Assembly: GCA_030390025.1 (NCBI GenBank)
Contig: CM059445.1
Location: forward strand, 55,924,001 to 55,988,000
Reading direction: 5' to 3'
From: Squalus acanthias
Taxonomy: Eukaryota
DNA length: 64,000 bases
Of the stretch, positions 1 to 11,923 are shown in pieces. Position numbers and translations under genes: made by a program. Below the pieces are notes generated by a model. That model was given only the letters and a program-made list of their open reading frames with translations. It was not told the DNA's origin and made no database searches. Position 1 is the first letter of the stretch; each line of letters begins with the position of its first letter.

Positions 1-398
1 AGGGACATGGAGCAAAGGCGGGTAAATGGAGTTGAGGTGCAGATCAACTATGATCTAATTGAATAGTGCAACAGGCTCGAGGGGCTGACTGGCCTACTCC
101 TGTTCCTATGTATTCTGCGCCTCAGCTCCACCTCAAAAGAGTTCCCCCTGCTGCAGCAGCGTAACATTTTTCCATTTCCCATACAAGCCATCCTGCAGCC
201 TCTCTGAGCGAGATCGGCAATTCGTGCCAAATTAGGGGCAACTGGATCGAGATTTCACCAACCCATTTCACATCAACCTTTACAGTCAAAATACAGAGAA
301 GAACTTCTTTGAATCACGCTTGCTGGGTTCAAAGCCAGGCCGCAGAGGTGAAAGCACCGGGTGTATCCCACTCGCTCCAGAAAATATTCACAATTTAA

Positions 399-1365
399 GT
401 GCTACAGCTATTCACAATATATATTAATGATCTAGACAAGGGAACTGGATGTAATATCTCCAAGTTTGCAGACGACACAAAACTGGGTGGGCATGTGTGC
501 TGCGAGGAGGATGCCGAGAAACTCCAGGATGATTTGGACAGGTTGGGTGATTGGGCAGAAGCGTGGCAGATGCAATATAACGTGGATAAATGCGAGGTTA
601 TCCACTTTGGTGTTAAAAACAGAAAGGCAGATTATTATCTGAATGGCAATAGAGACCTGGGTGTCCTTGTGCACCAGTCGCTGAAGGTAAGCATGCAGGT
701 GCAGCAGGCGGTTAAGAAGGCAAATGGTATGTTGGCCTTCATAGTGAGAGGGTTTGAGTACAGGAACAAGGATGTCTTGCTGCAGTTGTACAGAGCCTTG
801 GTGAGACCACACCTTGAGTACTGTGTGCAATTTTGGTCGCCTTATCTGAGGAAGGATGTTCGTGCCATGGAAGGAGTTCAGCGAAGATTCACAAGGCTGA
901 TACCTGGGATGGCAGGAATGACGTATGAAGAGAGATTGGGTTGATTGGGCTTATACTCGCTGGAGTTTAGAAGAATGAGAGGGGATCTCATTGAAACTTA
1001 TAAAATTCTGACAGGACAGGACAAACTAGATGCAGGAAGGATGTTCCCGATGGTCGGGAGTCCAGAACCAGGGGTCACAGTCTATGGATAAGGGGTAAGC
1101 CATTTAGGACAGAAATGAGGAGGAATTTCTTCACCCAGAGAGTGGTGAACCTGTGGAATTCTCTGCCACAGAAGGCAGTAGAGGCCAATTCATTAAATAG
1201 ATTCAAGAAGGAGTTAGATATATTTCTTAAGGCTAAAGGGATCAAGGGATATGGGGAGAAAGCAGGGACAGAGTACTGAATTTGGATGATCAGCCATGAT
1301 CGCATTGAATGGCGGAGCAGGCTCGAGGGGCCGAATGGCCTACTCCTGCTCCTATCTTCTATGAT
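399..1365 (+). mobile_element. CR1 (HER1-like) LINE 3' fragment
   Basis: RT motif SKFADDTKL, VRPHLEYCVQFWSP, FFTQRVVNLWNSLP, CR1 3' tail. Confidence 0.92.
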
Positions 1366-1420
1366 TCTACAAGAACACTCAGTGCTCCAAGTTGATGGCT
1401 ATATCCGTGTTTCTGTTCAG

Positions 1421-1561
1421 CTCGATGCCCTCGAAGAGGAACTCCGTTGTAGACGTGCACATTGGCATCATCAGCGGCAGAAGGAAGAAGCTCTTTTCAT
1501 TGCTTTGAAGGGTTTGCTGCAGGAAGTGTCTGACACCAAAGCCGATTGCAAATTCGTGAAG
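1421..1561 (+). CDS. Uncharacterised gene A, internal coding exon (first recognisable in window)
   Basis: ttctgttcAG acceptor, aag|GTacag donor; 141 nt open frame LDALEEELRCRRAHWHHQRQKEEALFIALKGLLQEVSDTKADCKFVK; phase 0 fits next exon. Confidence 0.75.
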
Positions 1562-2217
1562 GTACAGTATTGTCAGTGTAAGGTCTTCAATAAAGCTCTT
1601 GAACGTTGAAGTCAGGTGTCACAGGTTTATTAAGCTTACAGTACATGCAATAGTACTTAAACATACACTTAAAAGCTTGTACTTACAACCACATCTGATG
1701 AGGGTTGGTTGGGGATTCAAACCTGTTCAAACAGTTCTGAGCTCAGTATCTTAGGCCTTTACGAATCCAATTACTCATTACAAACTGACACTTGTTATAT
1801 ATTTCTCTCACTCCCTCTTCATCAAAATCCACGCCTTTCTCCATTGCATGATTATACAAAAGTTAAATTACAACTCCATATAAGGAGAATTTAATTGACT
1901 TATCCCTCATCAATAGCTTTAGTTTTCCTTACTTAACGAGAGATTTTTCCTTTGGGCTAGCAAGATATCGTATAACTCCCTTACTTAGCGATAATTTCAC
2001 TCGTGTTACATACAATTGCTATTCTGTTATGGTTCTGTAAGAGTAGTTATCTTTTTTTTGGACTATGTAAATGAGACTTGAGCCTTTGCCTCTTCAGACC
2101 CCAGGCTCCAGCCTTGGGAAGAGTTCAGCAGCTTATTGCTTCTATTTACTGTTTCGGTGATTATGTTCCTCTGTGGACTGTGTTGAGGTCTGAATCTTTT
2201 TACCTGATTTTCCTTAG

Positions 2218-2359
2218 GTTGAGGAGAAGGTGATGGCCCTTGAAGATACCATTGACTTGTTGCAAGACTATGCACAGAGTGAAGCACAGCGCAGGCACAC
2301 AGAGGAGTCACACTTTGCATCCTTGATGCCAACTGACCTGTTGCTTTTGGTTTCTCAAG
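2218..2359 (+). CDS. Uncharacterised gene A, coding exon
   Basis: tttccttAG acceptor, caag|GTaatc donor; VEEKVMALEDTIDLLQDYAQSEAQRRHTEESHFASLMPTDLLLLVSQ; phase 0 to 1. Confidence 0.75.
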
Positions 2360-3602
2360 GTAATCCTATGTCCGCAGTCGTCTAAATGCAGCTTTCAACC
2401 AATCCATTCTCACGTAACATTCATTCCATTTCCCAAAGGCAGGTGCTTCCAAACTATGGAGACACCAACTGCACTTCCTGTGGATTTTTGATTCTGTTCC
2501 CACTTCTACCCTTTACAGCCATATTAGTCCCCTGATGCTGTGTTTACCCTCTGATCTGCCCTGTTTATAGCATGGGATAGATTCCGCACTGGGCAGATAA
2601 GACAAGTGGCTGCAGGCAGGCAGGCAGATGGCCGTGCACGGGTCAGCAATCCAAAGCCTGCCTGTCCTCTCGGCCAATTAGTGGCCAGGTAAGAGGATGA
2701 CCTGCGTCCCCAGAGGCAACATTTACAATACCGCCTTGGGGATGATCCCCGCAAGAGGGTGGCAGAAGGAAACAAATTCTCCAGGTGGATCTCAGTGCTT
2801 CCAGAGGCAGCAACCTCACCTCATTTGTCTTAGAGTGCTTCAGAGACTCGAGGCTGTTGTCAGTGGAAATGTCCAGTTTCGGTCACTGAGGCACAAGGAG
2901 AAGACTCCAATCCTGGAGCTGGTACGAGGAGAAAGCCACGAGGCTGACCCCCCCCCCCCCCCTAGTGTAAAGGATTGAATTGTGAGGAAAGACTGAAGAA
3001 GCTTAGGCTCTTCCATCCTGAGAAGGGATATTATAGAGGCATCAGGTGTCCAACAGTTCAGAGAAAGTAAATCCAATGCATTACTTCAAGATACGCCAGC
3101 AGACCAAGGGGCACTGGTTCAAACTAATGAAAAGCAATGTCAAAAAGTTCTTTGTGCAAAGAGTGATGAATGAATGGAAAGACAGTAGAGGCAAAGACCC
3201 TGAAATCATCTGAGAGGTGGTTGCACGTTGTGGCCACTCTTTGTACGAGGCTGACAATGGACCTAAATTTGCGTCTCCCCCCAACCCCACTTTGATAGCA
3301 CCGTTTCAAGTAATACTTTGGATTTTCCTTTTCTATTCCACTTAATATATCTCTAGAAGAAGCGGAGCCATGGGTTTCTCTACACAGATGGGCTGACGAG
3401 CCTTCCTTATCCATATTTATCTTGCTATCTAGTGTTGGAGCATAAGATTGTGTCTATGACAGTCTTGCCACTGATTGATTTTTTAACTCCAAGCTGGTCT
3501 TTGGAGGGTTTTTTTTTAATCATTGTAACACACTAGTTTAAAAAAGCCAAATTTAAAACCAAACATATTCTTCTGTCTTTGCCTTTATGTGAGATTTTGA
3601 AA

Positions 3603-4068
3603 AAAGAAAAGACAGACTTGCATTTCTATGGCGCCTTTCACGACCTCAGGACGTCCCAAAGCGCTTTACAGCCAATTAAATACTTTTTGAAGTGTAGTCA
3701 CTGCTGTGATGTAGGAAACGTGGCAGCCAATTTGCGCACAGCAAGCTCCCACAAACAGCAATGTGATAATGACCAGATAATCTGTTTTAGTGATGTTGAT
3801 TGAGGGATAAATATTGTCCGAGACACCGTGGATAACTCCTCTGGACTTCTTCGAAATAGTGCCATGGGATCTTTGACGTCCACCTGAGAGAGCAGAAGGG
3901 GGCCTCTGTTTAACGTCTCATCTGAAAGACAGCACCTCCGACAGTGCAGCATTCCCTCAGTACTGCACTGGAGTGTCAGCCTAGATTTTTGTGCTCAAAT
4001 CTCTGGAATAGGACTTGAACCCACAACCTTCTGACTCAGAGGTGAGGGTGCTACCCACTGAGCCACGG
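3603..4068 (-). mobile_element. tRNA-derived Deu-domain SINE (SacSINE1-like)
   Basis: reverse complement has a pol III head (TGGCTCAGTGG...GGTTCAAGTCC) and the Deu core gagcttgctgtgcgcaaattggctgcc. Confidence 0.85.
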
Positions 4069-4398
4069 TAAATGTAATTCTGCAAGAGGAGGCTGAAACC
4101 CCAGCAGATCTTTCACTTAAAAACGTGGGACAAATGTGAATCCTTCTAACCTTACTGAGGTCTGTTTTGAAATGAGATCAGAAGGTAGCTTCGAAAGATG
4201 GAGGTCATGGGACCTATTTGATCTCGTTCTTTATGGGTAACAACCCTTCCATCTTCCCATTACAGCATCCAGCTGTAAATATGTCCAGTATCCTGGCCTT
4301 AACCACCCTCGTTGGCAAGCTGTCTCAGCTGTTGGTCACCCTCTGTGTAAAGAAATATTTCCCAATACCTGTCCTAAACTTGGCCTTCGGAACCCTGA

Positions 4399-5926
4399 GG
4401 GGGAAAAATTGGGTTGGTCTGCGCCTCTCGTTAGCACCCCCGGGCGCAGCGCCGCAAACGCCTCCCGCAAAATTCAGCGGGAAGTTAGCGGCAGCGGTAG
4501 CCGGTAGCGCCCCGTGCCGCTACACCGCCGGCGATGATGTCATCACCGTGCGCAGTGCCCCGCTTGCACCCCGGCCGCAAACTTCCCTTGTGCTCCCTGA
4601 CCTATCGCCGCACGATGGGCTGGATTTTCCAAGCCCCGAGGAGGCGGGCATGGAGGCGGGACTGCCGGTAAAGTAGGAGAAAGTGGGGGCGGATGGCAAA
4701 CCCGCCCCCATCCCGCCTCCGTGCCCTTTTGCCAGGAGGTGGAAGGATGTGTTGCTTCGGGTCCCGTCTCCTGGAGGCGGGAAAGGCATTTAATCCTTTT
4801 AACTGCCTGTTAACAAGTAGTGAACAGGCAGAAAAAAGGATTAGTGCCATTTTACCTTCACAGGTGAAGGCTTCCTGACCTCGGAGAACCCCGCTGGGTT
4901 GGAGGAGATGTGGAGGAGGTCTGCGGTGGTCGGAGGCACCTGGAAGTAAGATGTAGAGGTGAGTGATGGGTGCAAATGTGGGGTGGTAAGTATGCAAGGT
5001 GAGTGATAAGTTTTTAAAAATGTTCACTTACCTTGTTTTCTTCCTACAGCCTTCAGCCGCGCTGGATCGGGAGAGCCGACATCCTCCTTGTTGATTTCAC
5101 AGACTGACTGTTGGATGCTCCGAACCAACAGTCATGTGAAATCAACAAAGTTGAAAGGTTTGATGAGTCCTGAGCACAAGGGCTCATTAAACTACACAGA
5201 ATGTCAGTGTTTGACAGCTTCACAGAGCTGTCAAACACTGACATTTCTTCTTTCAAGAAGTCTTGACAGATAGCACGTCTGACGTTGACGTGCTCTGTCA
5301 GTGACTTCCTCCCTAATTGGCCTGCTGAGCCCGCAGGGCAGGCTTAACAAGCTCAATCAGGGGAAAATCCCTCTGGTTGGTCAGGCGAGGATGGAGGCGG
5401 GACATTGACACGACAAGCAGCAGTCCCGCCTCCAACTCGTCTCCATTCACAAAATCCAGCCCGATGTGTCTGACAGGATCAGGGGCCGTTTTTGCAGCGG
5501 AGTCGGCGCTACTTAAAGGGGCAGTTGTCGGGCAGCCATTTTTATTTTGGCCGACTGCCAGCACCTGCCCCCTTTAATGTTTGTATGCGGGGTGCCGGCC
5601 GCGATCGCTCAGCCCGGCGCTGTTCTTGAGTGTCGAGCTGTTTCCACGGCACCCGGCTCCCCGGTGGTCCAGCAGGGCCCCGGTGCGCGCAGCGCTAGGC
5701 CCCTCCCCTTTAACCAGGGGCGGAGGCCTGCAATGACGCGGCGCTGCTGCACATAGCGCCGTGAAATTCAGTAGTAGCGCCCCAAGCAGGAGGTGGAGTG
5801 CTTTCCACTAATGCCCCACCTCCTGCTTAGGGTGCTACTACTGAATTTACGGCGGAGGGGTGCTAACCTTTTCAGCGCCCCGGCGATGTAAGTGACCCAA
5901 AATGGGCGCCACTCAATTTTTCCCCC
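4399..5926. mobile_element. Non-autonomous PIF/Harbinger-like DNA transposon with nested MITE
   Basis: TIR GGGGGAAAAATTGGGT / ACTCAATTTTTCCCCC, 3-bp TSD TGA; related inverted copy at 14579-15458. Confidence 0.7.
4617..5462. mobile_element. PIF/Harbinger-like MITE (nested)
   Basis: perfect 12-bp TIR GGGCTGGATTTT / AAAATCCAGCCC, TSD GAT; second copy at 28538-29359. Confidence 0.8.
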
Positions 5927-6047
5927 TGAGACTCTTAGCCTGCTGCCTGACTCTCTACTTAGGAACAGAAAGAAAGTATGTTCCTGTGTTGATTCTGAGG
6001 CACAGCACAGGATAGCTGCAATATTCTGCATGAATCGTATTAGGTAT

Positions 6048-6228
6048 TGACGTAAGAAAACTACTAGGCACTTGGTCTAAGCGTTAAACAAAGCTTTAAT
6101 CAACTGTTTTACAACATGGAGGTCTAGTTGTGTCCTTCACTAGTTCCTGTTAAGAATGTCCTGCGCAAGCTGGGCCCGTGCCCGAGTATTTATACTCTCC
6201 CTGGACAGCGCCACCCGCAGGCCACTCA
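6048..6228 (-). mobile_element. Short solo LTR
   Basis: TG...CA ends, 4-bp TSD GTAT, minus-strand TATAAATA followed about 90 nt later by ATTAAA. Confidence 0.55.
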
Positions 6229-6361
6229 GTATTATTTCATAAGTCTTTCTTTCTTGATTGACAGATTCATGTCAGGCATCATATGGCTCAACACTCTTTG
6301 GTGCATCTATCGGTTTTGTTGCTAATCTGAAGCATGTTATGTCGTGTTCTTCAATGTATAG

Positions 6362-6546
6362 TGGACAAGGAGGAGGTGGAGCAGCAGCTGCTGTATTTAG
6401 CCGTGGCTCAGACATTCCTGGAAAAGGTGACACAGTTTATTCAAAAGATGCGTCAGGATGAGGCTCGACAGAGGGGTCGACTGCGGGAACTGCAGGAGGG
6501 TATCGACCGACAGGCAGAAGAAGTTGCTCGGTTGAAGTCCCAGCAG
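6362..6546 (+). CDS. Uncharacterised gene A, coding exon (coiled-coil-like)
   Basis: tgtatAG acceptor, cag|GTgggc donor; DKEEVEQQLLYLAVAQTFLEKVTQFIQKMRQDEARQRGRLRELQEGIDRQAEEVARLKSQQ; phase 1 to 0. Confidence 0.8.
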
Positions 6547-7432
6547 GTGGGCAACACTGAGCACACAGTGTGTACATCTGGCGTGCAATTTGTTCTTACA
6601 ATGTTGGTTGTTTTATTTTTAAAAAGGTTTCTATTCCTTGACCATCAAAGCTGTTTACTCCTTCAGCCAAGGCTGCCAATAAAGCTTCTCCATGATGCTG
6701 CTTTTACGACAGCTAATGAAGGGCTTATTTGTTGAATTCAGTTGTTGTGATATGGAATGCGCTGCCTGAAAGGGCGGTGGAAGCAGATTCAAGAGTAACT
6801 TTCAAAAGGGAATTGGGTAAACACTTGAAAAGGAAAAAAGATGCAGGGCTCTGGGGAAAGAGCAGTGGAAATTGGGACTAATTGGATAGCTCTACCAAAG
6901 AGGCACAGCAGGATGGGCTGAATAGCCGCCTTCTGTGCTGTACCATTCTATGAGATACACATTTCTTTAACAATGGAGGACAAGCTGATAAAGCTGTATT
7001 TTTTTTTAACACAGCATACGGGATCTTAAATTTTATAAATAGGGCCATAGAGTACAAACGCAGTTAGGCCGATCGTCAGGATTTACGGGTCGCTGTGGCT
7101 ACCAACTCCATTTTGAGGCCATTACCGCCCCCGTCAGTGCCGATTTTCACCAGGTTAAAATCGACCCCCAATGATTCCAAATACCAAGGTGAAGGACCAA
7201 GGCCAATTATGCAGGACAGCGCCAAGGCTGTAATGAGATGGATCGGGAAATAGTGATTAGGGTGACCCGCCCCCCCCAAACTTGAGTTTAAAACCTTAAA
7301 GATTGAAAGGAGGAAAAAAAAACCTGAGGGAGGGAAGGAGTTCCACAGTTTTCAGGTCCTGGGAAAGAATGAGGTCAAATAAGATACATGTCATGGGACT
7401 TGATCTCAACACGGTGAAGATGCAAAGCTACA

Positions 7433-7960
7433 AATAAAAACAGGAAATGCTGGAGATGCTCAGCAGGTCAGGCAGCATCTGTGGAGAGAGAAACAGAGTT
7501 AACGTTTCAGGTCGATGACCCTTCGTCAGAACTGGAAAAAGCTGGAGATGGAACAGGTTTTTAAGCAAGTGCAGGGGCAGGGAAAGGGGGGAGGGGAGGA
7601 AAGAACAAAAGGGAAGGTCTGTGATAGGATGGAAGGCAGGAGAGATTAAGAGACAAAAGGGGTGATGGTGCGAGGCAAAAGGAGATGTTAATGGTACAAG
7701 TTAAGAAACAAAAGCTGGCTCTAGATGAAGTGTAAATGGCAATGGTTGAATGATCGATAGGGGCAGAGGTTATGGTCTGAAATTGTTGAACTCGATGTTG
7801 AGTCCAGAAGGCTGTAAAGTGCCCAATTGAAAGATGAGGTGCTGTTCCTCGAGCTTACGTTGAGCTTCATTGGAACAGTGTAAGAGGCCGAGGATGGTGA
7901 GGTCAGAGTGGGAGTGCAGCGGAGAATTAAAGTGACAGGTGACCAGAAGCTCGGGGTCAC
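7433..7960 (-). mobile_element. Penelope-like element 3' fragment (family B)
   Basis: GIY-YIG endonuclease C-terminal remnant plus pyrimidine-rich 3' UTR; TSD CAAAGCTACA (7423-7432 / 7961-7970). Confidence 0.8.
7497..7533 (-). ncRNA. Minimal hammerhead ribozyme motif (family B)
   Basis: minus strand reads agtt-CUGACGA-ag-gguc auc gacc-u-GAAA-CG-UU-aacu. Confidence 0.7.
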
Positions 7961-8179
7961 CAAAGCTACATTTGTTGACTGGAATTTCTTTTCCCTTGTC
8001 CGCACCAGTTCATATCAACGCACAAAAATCTGAGTTAAACCTGACTAAGATTATCATATTAGGCTTGTACCTGAGTCGGAATAAAAGTTATCCTTTGATT
8101 CTCACCCATACAATCGTTACTCCCAAGAAAGCCATAATCCTGAATACACTGCTGATCGGCCGCGCTCTTTTTCTCATAG

Positions 8180-8305
8180 GTGAAAACCCTTCTGACTCAA
8201 GAGTTTCAGAAAAACATAATGAACAGACGGACTGGCCTTGACATGGTCTACATCAGGTTGGAGCATCTCCGAGATCTGGCAGAGCTGTGTGCACTGGAGG
8301 CCAAG
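8180..8305 (+). CDS. Uncharacterised gene A, coding exon
   Basis: ttttctcatAG acceptor, aag|GTaaac donor; VKTLLTQEFQKNIMNRRTGLDMVYIRLEHLRDLAELCALEAK; phase 0 to 0. Confidence 0.75.
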
Positions 8306-8812
8306 GTAAACACCGCCCATTGGAAAAGTCACTTATCTGTGTGACAGGTTGTGAACTATCCACAGGAACATAGGATTGTACAAGTCAGGAAAAGACCATT
8401 GTGGTCTATCTAGCCAGTCCCAATGTATAGGAGATATCGTATCCCACAAACCCTCTTATATCACACCATCAAATTTTTCTCCAGTTATTCATTCGACCCT
8501 CGCTTGAATTGATGGACATTCAGCCCCCTCAGCCTGCCTTTACAACCCATTCCATACATTCACCGCCTTCTACATTAAGCAGTTAAATCGAAACTATGTT
8601 TTCACCCTCCCTGTATTAACTACTCCTGAGTCAATTGTAAGACAATATATTATTGGGATAGGCTTTTTCTTTGTTGTATGGAGGTGAAATGTTGCTAACC
8701 AGGGCTGGATAATTCAAACTCACCAGCTAACCTCCCCCAGCACTGCCCATGGAGAACAACCATTAAGAATAGGTAAGTAGTGTCTCTCACCTTGTGTAAC
8801 TTTCCGTTTCAG

Positions 8813-9008
8813 GGTATTCTCTCTGGGGGTCTCTACCGTTTTGGAGACTATCAGTTGATCGGGAGCCGAGCTTCTGGTCATTTTCATGGGGCTCCGGATT
8901 CCACCAACCGAAAAATGCTTCCTCTTCTCAAACAGCTGATAAGCCTGTTGGAGGCCGACAGGAACATCATCCTATCCCCAGACACTCTGAATCTTGTGTC
9001 GTACAAAG
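8813..9008 (+). CDS. Uncharacterised gene A, coding exon
   Basis: tttccgtttcAG acceptor, aaag|GTaacc donor; GILSGGLYRFGDYQLIGS...LLKQLISLLEADRNIILSPDTLNLVSYK; phase 0 to 1. Confidence 0.78.
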
Positions 9009-9130
9009 GTAACCGTTGAACTTATTTCAGCTTCTGTTGGTTTTTCATCTCTTTCCCTTCAGTAATTGAGTGTTGAGTGCTCTGGTAGTTTGAATATGTG
9101 CTTTCGTCCAATATGGTTCTCTATCTCCAT

Positions 9131-9415
9131 TGGGGCATAGGTTTAAAGTAATTGGTCGGAGGTTTAGAGGGGATTTGAGGAGAAATTTTTTCACCCAGAG
9201 GGTGGTGGGGGTCTGGAACTCACTGCCTGAAAGGGTGGTAGAGACAGAAACCCTCATCACATTTAAAAAGTACTTGGATATGCACTTGAAGTGCCGTAAC
9301 CTACCGGGCTACGGACCAAGAGCTGGAAAGTGGGATTAGGCTGGATAGCTCTTTGTCAGCCGGCATGGACAAGAGGGGCCGAATGGCCTCCTTCTGTGCT
9401 GTAAATTTCTATGAT
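9131..9415 (+). mobile_element. CR1 LINE 3' end
   Basis: GHRFKV...RRNFFTQRVVGVWNSLP plus CR1 tail. Confidence 0.85.
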
Positions 9416-9709
9416 TCAAGCCCGTGCCCATCTATTGCCCTACCGCGTACCTCTGCTCAGGCTTGAATTCTTCTCTATTCCAGCATGACACATCCAGTCT
9501 CCATACTATCAATCTTGTGCCATTCTCACAACTGAGACCATCAAACTGGGCGCTGTTAACTCACAGCCGCAGTGCGCAATGTGAAACTCTAAATTCAATT
9601 TGTTTGTAACTTTAATGGATGTCTGTGAGAACAGGTTCAGCTTCTTGACTTGTGCTGAGAGCAAAATGGGATTAAAAAAAATAGGCTTGTCAAGCACAAC
9701 AACTTAAAT

Positions 9710-10097
9710 CAGACAATTTCAGACCATAACCTCTGCCCCTATCTTTTCTTTTTCTCTCTCTCACATGGCAGCTGTCGATTATTCTGCCATTGCCATTTAC
9801 ACTTCATCTCGAGTCATCTTTTGTTCTTAACTTGTCCCATTACCATCTCCTTTTGCCTTGCACCATCCTCCCTTTTGTTTCTTAATCTCTCCTGCCTTCC
9901 ACCCTATCACAGACCTCCCTTTTGTTCTTTCCTCCCCTCCCCCCTTTCCCTGCCCCTACACTTGCTTAAAAACCTGTTCCATCTCCAACTTTTTCCAGTT
10001 CTGACGAAGGGTCCTTGACCTAAAACGTTCACTATGTTTCTCTCTCCACAGATGCTGCCTGACCTGCTGAGTACTTCCAGCATTTTCTGCTTTTATT
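9710..10097 (+). mobile_element. Penelope-like 3' fragment (family B), ribozyme core decayed
   Basis: same tail as 19983-20393; GAAA changed to AAAA; flanked by AACTTAAAT repeats. Confidence 0.75.
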
Positions 10098-10359
10098 AAC
10101 TTAAATGAGTGCCTTTAACGTAGAGAAACTTCCAAACGCAGTGCGATGGCGCGAGTTACATCATCCAGTCGCTTGCGCGTGATGTCCGTGAAACAAAAAC
10201 AATACACGGCCGCTCCAGCTCTTCTTCCTCCAAAGCACCTGGATCAAACATGCAGTTGGTAGCATCATCCACTTTTTGTCAAGTCTAAAACAGGACAGAG
10301 AACACGTCAACTTGAGCTCATCCAAAACTCTGGTGCCCGTATCCTAACTCGCACCAAAT

Positions 10360-10642
10360 CCAAAAATGTGTGGGTTAGGTTGATTTGGCTATGATAAATT
10401 GACCCTTAGTGTTAGGGGGGATTAAATATGTGGGGTTATGGGGATAGGATGGGATATGTTAGGGGGAATTAAATACGTGGGGTTACGGGGGTAGGGTGGG
10501 ATATGTGTACTGTGGGGATTAAAGCAGGGACAGGGTACTGGATTTGGATGATCAGCCATGATCGTATTGAATGGCGGAGCAGGCTCGACGGGCCGAATGG
10601 CCTACTCCTGCTCCTAGATTCTATGTTTCTATGTTTCTATGT
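10360..10642 (+). mobile_element. V-SINE (HE1-like) 3' part with CR1-derived tail
   Basis: gggttaggttgatttggctatgataaattgacccttagtgt V-domain-like sequence; (TTCTATGT)n end; similar copy at 63256-63415. Confidence 0.65.
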
Positions 10643-10934
10643 TCACCCGCCACCCCCTGTCTCGCTGACCTACATTGGTTCCCGGTCCGGCAACACCTCG
10701 ATTTTTTTAAATGGTAACGTTTGTTTTCAAATCGCTCCACGGCCTCACCCCCTCCCTATCTCTGTAACCTCCTCCAACCCTACAACCTTCCGAGATCCCT
10801 GCGCTCCTCCAATTCTGGCCTCTTGCGCATCCCCGATTATAATCGCTCCACAATTGACAACCATGGCTTCAGCTGCCTAGGCCCTAAGCTTTGGAATTCC
10901 CTCCCTAAACCTCTCTACCTCTCTCTCCTCCTTT

Positions 10935-11140
10935 AAATGTGAGAAGTCGCACAACACCAGGTTATAGTCCAACAGCTTTATTTGAAATCACAAGCTTTCG
11001 GAGCGCTGCTCCTTCGTCAGGTCACCTGACGAAGGAGCAGCGCTCCGAAAGCTTGTGATTTCAAATAAAGTTGTTGGACTATAACCTGGTGTTGTGCGAC
11101 TTCTCACATTTGTCCACCCCAGTCCAACACCGGCATCTCC
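10935..11140. mobile_element. Palindromic Penelope-like pseudo-LTR insertion (family A), copy 1
   Basis: 88-bp inverted arms 10935-11022 / 11024-11111; direct repeat TCTCCTCCTTTAA at both ends; interrupts an L2-type tail. Confidence 0.8.
11022..11058 (+). ncRNA. Minimal hammerhead ribozyme motif (family A)
   Basis: ucac-CUGACGA-a-ggagc agc gcucc-GAAA-GC-UU-guga. Confidence 0.75.
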
Positions 11141-11792
11141 TCCTTTAAGACGCTCCTTAAAGCCTACAGTGACCGATGAACGTGACCCGTGCATTCTCCT
11201 GCCTGTATGGGTTGTGTCAGCTTTCCCCAAAGCACAAGGGATTACTGTGCCTCAATTACTGGCACCTTGTAGAGTAGAAACGTGAATTTTCTTTAATCAA
11301 AATGGACTTTCAGATAAAATACTGCGGCTTTAATGGAAGTCACTTTTCTTCTTGATCCCTTGCGGTCGCTTCAAAGTTCAGTCTCTTCCCAGTGGGTTTG
11401 CGCTTGGTCTTTTAACGCAAAGAACGATAACTCTGACACTAGCAGGCAATTAAATTCAGTCTCAAGTGGGCATTCCATTCTTTACACAGCAAGAACATCC
11501 AGTAAGTCATAGTTAGGCAGCCAACGGCAGAGTCGTGGAAAACGATGGCACGAAGAGAAATAGTGCATATATTGAGGTGTGGATGTGACACAGATGTCTT
11601 TCTCAGGACTCATACACGGTCAACCACTGCAGTGTATTAGCTACACCATCAAAGCTACTAAGGTGCAGAGAAAAAGAGAAAAACAATAAAATCAAGAGTC
11701 GCACCCGAAATGTTAACCTTTGTCTTTCAGATACTGATCCAGTAGGTTCTATTCTTATAATGAAATAAAACCAGATTAAAGAAGGAATTAAT

Positions 11793-11923
11793 CAATGTTC
11801 CCCCTAAGGTGCGCGGCCGCACATCAATGGCGAGTTCCCGCGCAGCCCGCTCACCCGCTGGAAGAGATAGCGCGCAGCAAATTTAAAGGGCCCGGGCAGG
11901 GAATAAAATTAGAGGGAACATTG
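11793..11923. mobile_element. hAT-like MITE
   Basis: TIR CAATGTTCCC / GGGAACATTG; same family as 55377-55524 and 60750-60905. Confidence 0.7.

Noticed and set aside
399-944. 181-aa reverse transcriptase ORF as a gene
   Set aside because: 5'-truncated CR1 fragment with an internal deletion and premature stop.
1607-2040. AT-rich segment resembling a minus-strand LTR
   Set aside because: No TG...CA ends with a matching TSD could be defined.
4400-5900. CpG island promoter
   Set aside because: GC/CpG richness is bounded by transposon TIRs and recurs at 14579 and 28538.
9997-10033. Functional hammerhead in this family B copy
   Set aside because: Core GAAA is mutated to AAAA and stem I is disrupted; the copy near 60232 likewise has CUGA changed to GUGA.
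10935-11111. miRNA precursor hairpin
   Set aside because: Better explained as an inverted Penelope-like end with direct repeats and multiple copies, though hairpin-derived small RNAs are not excluded.
11731-11745. Possible 15-nt micro-exon of gene A after tgtctttcAG
   Set aside because: Weak donor and not needed for frame; cannot be supported without RNA data.
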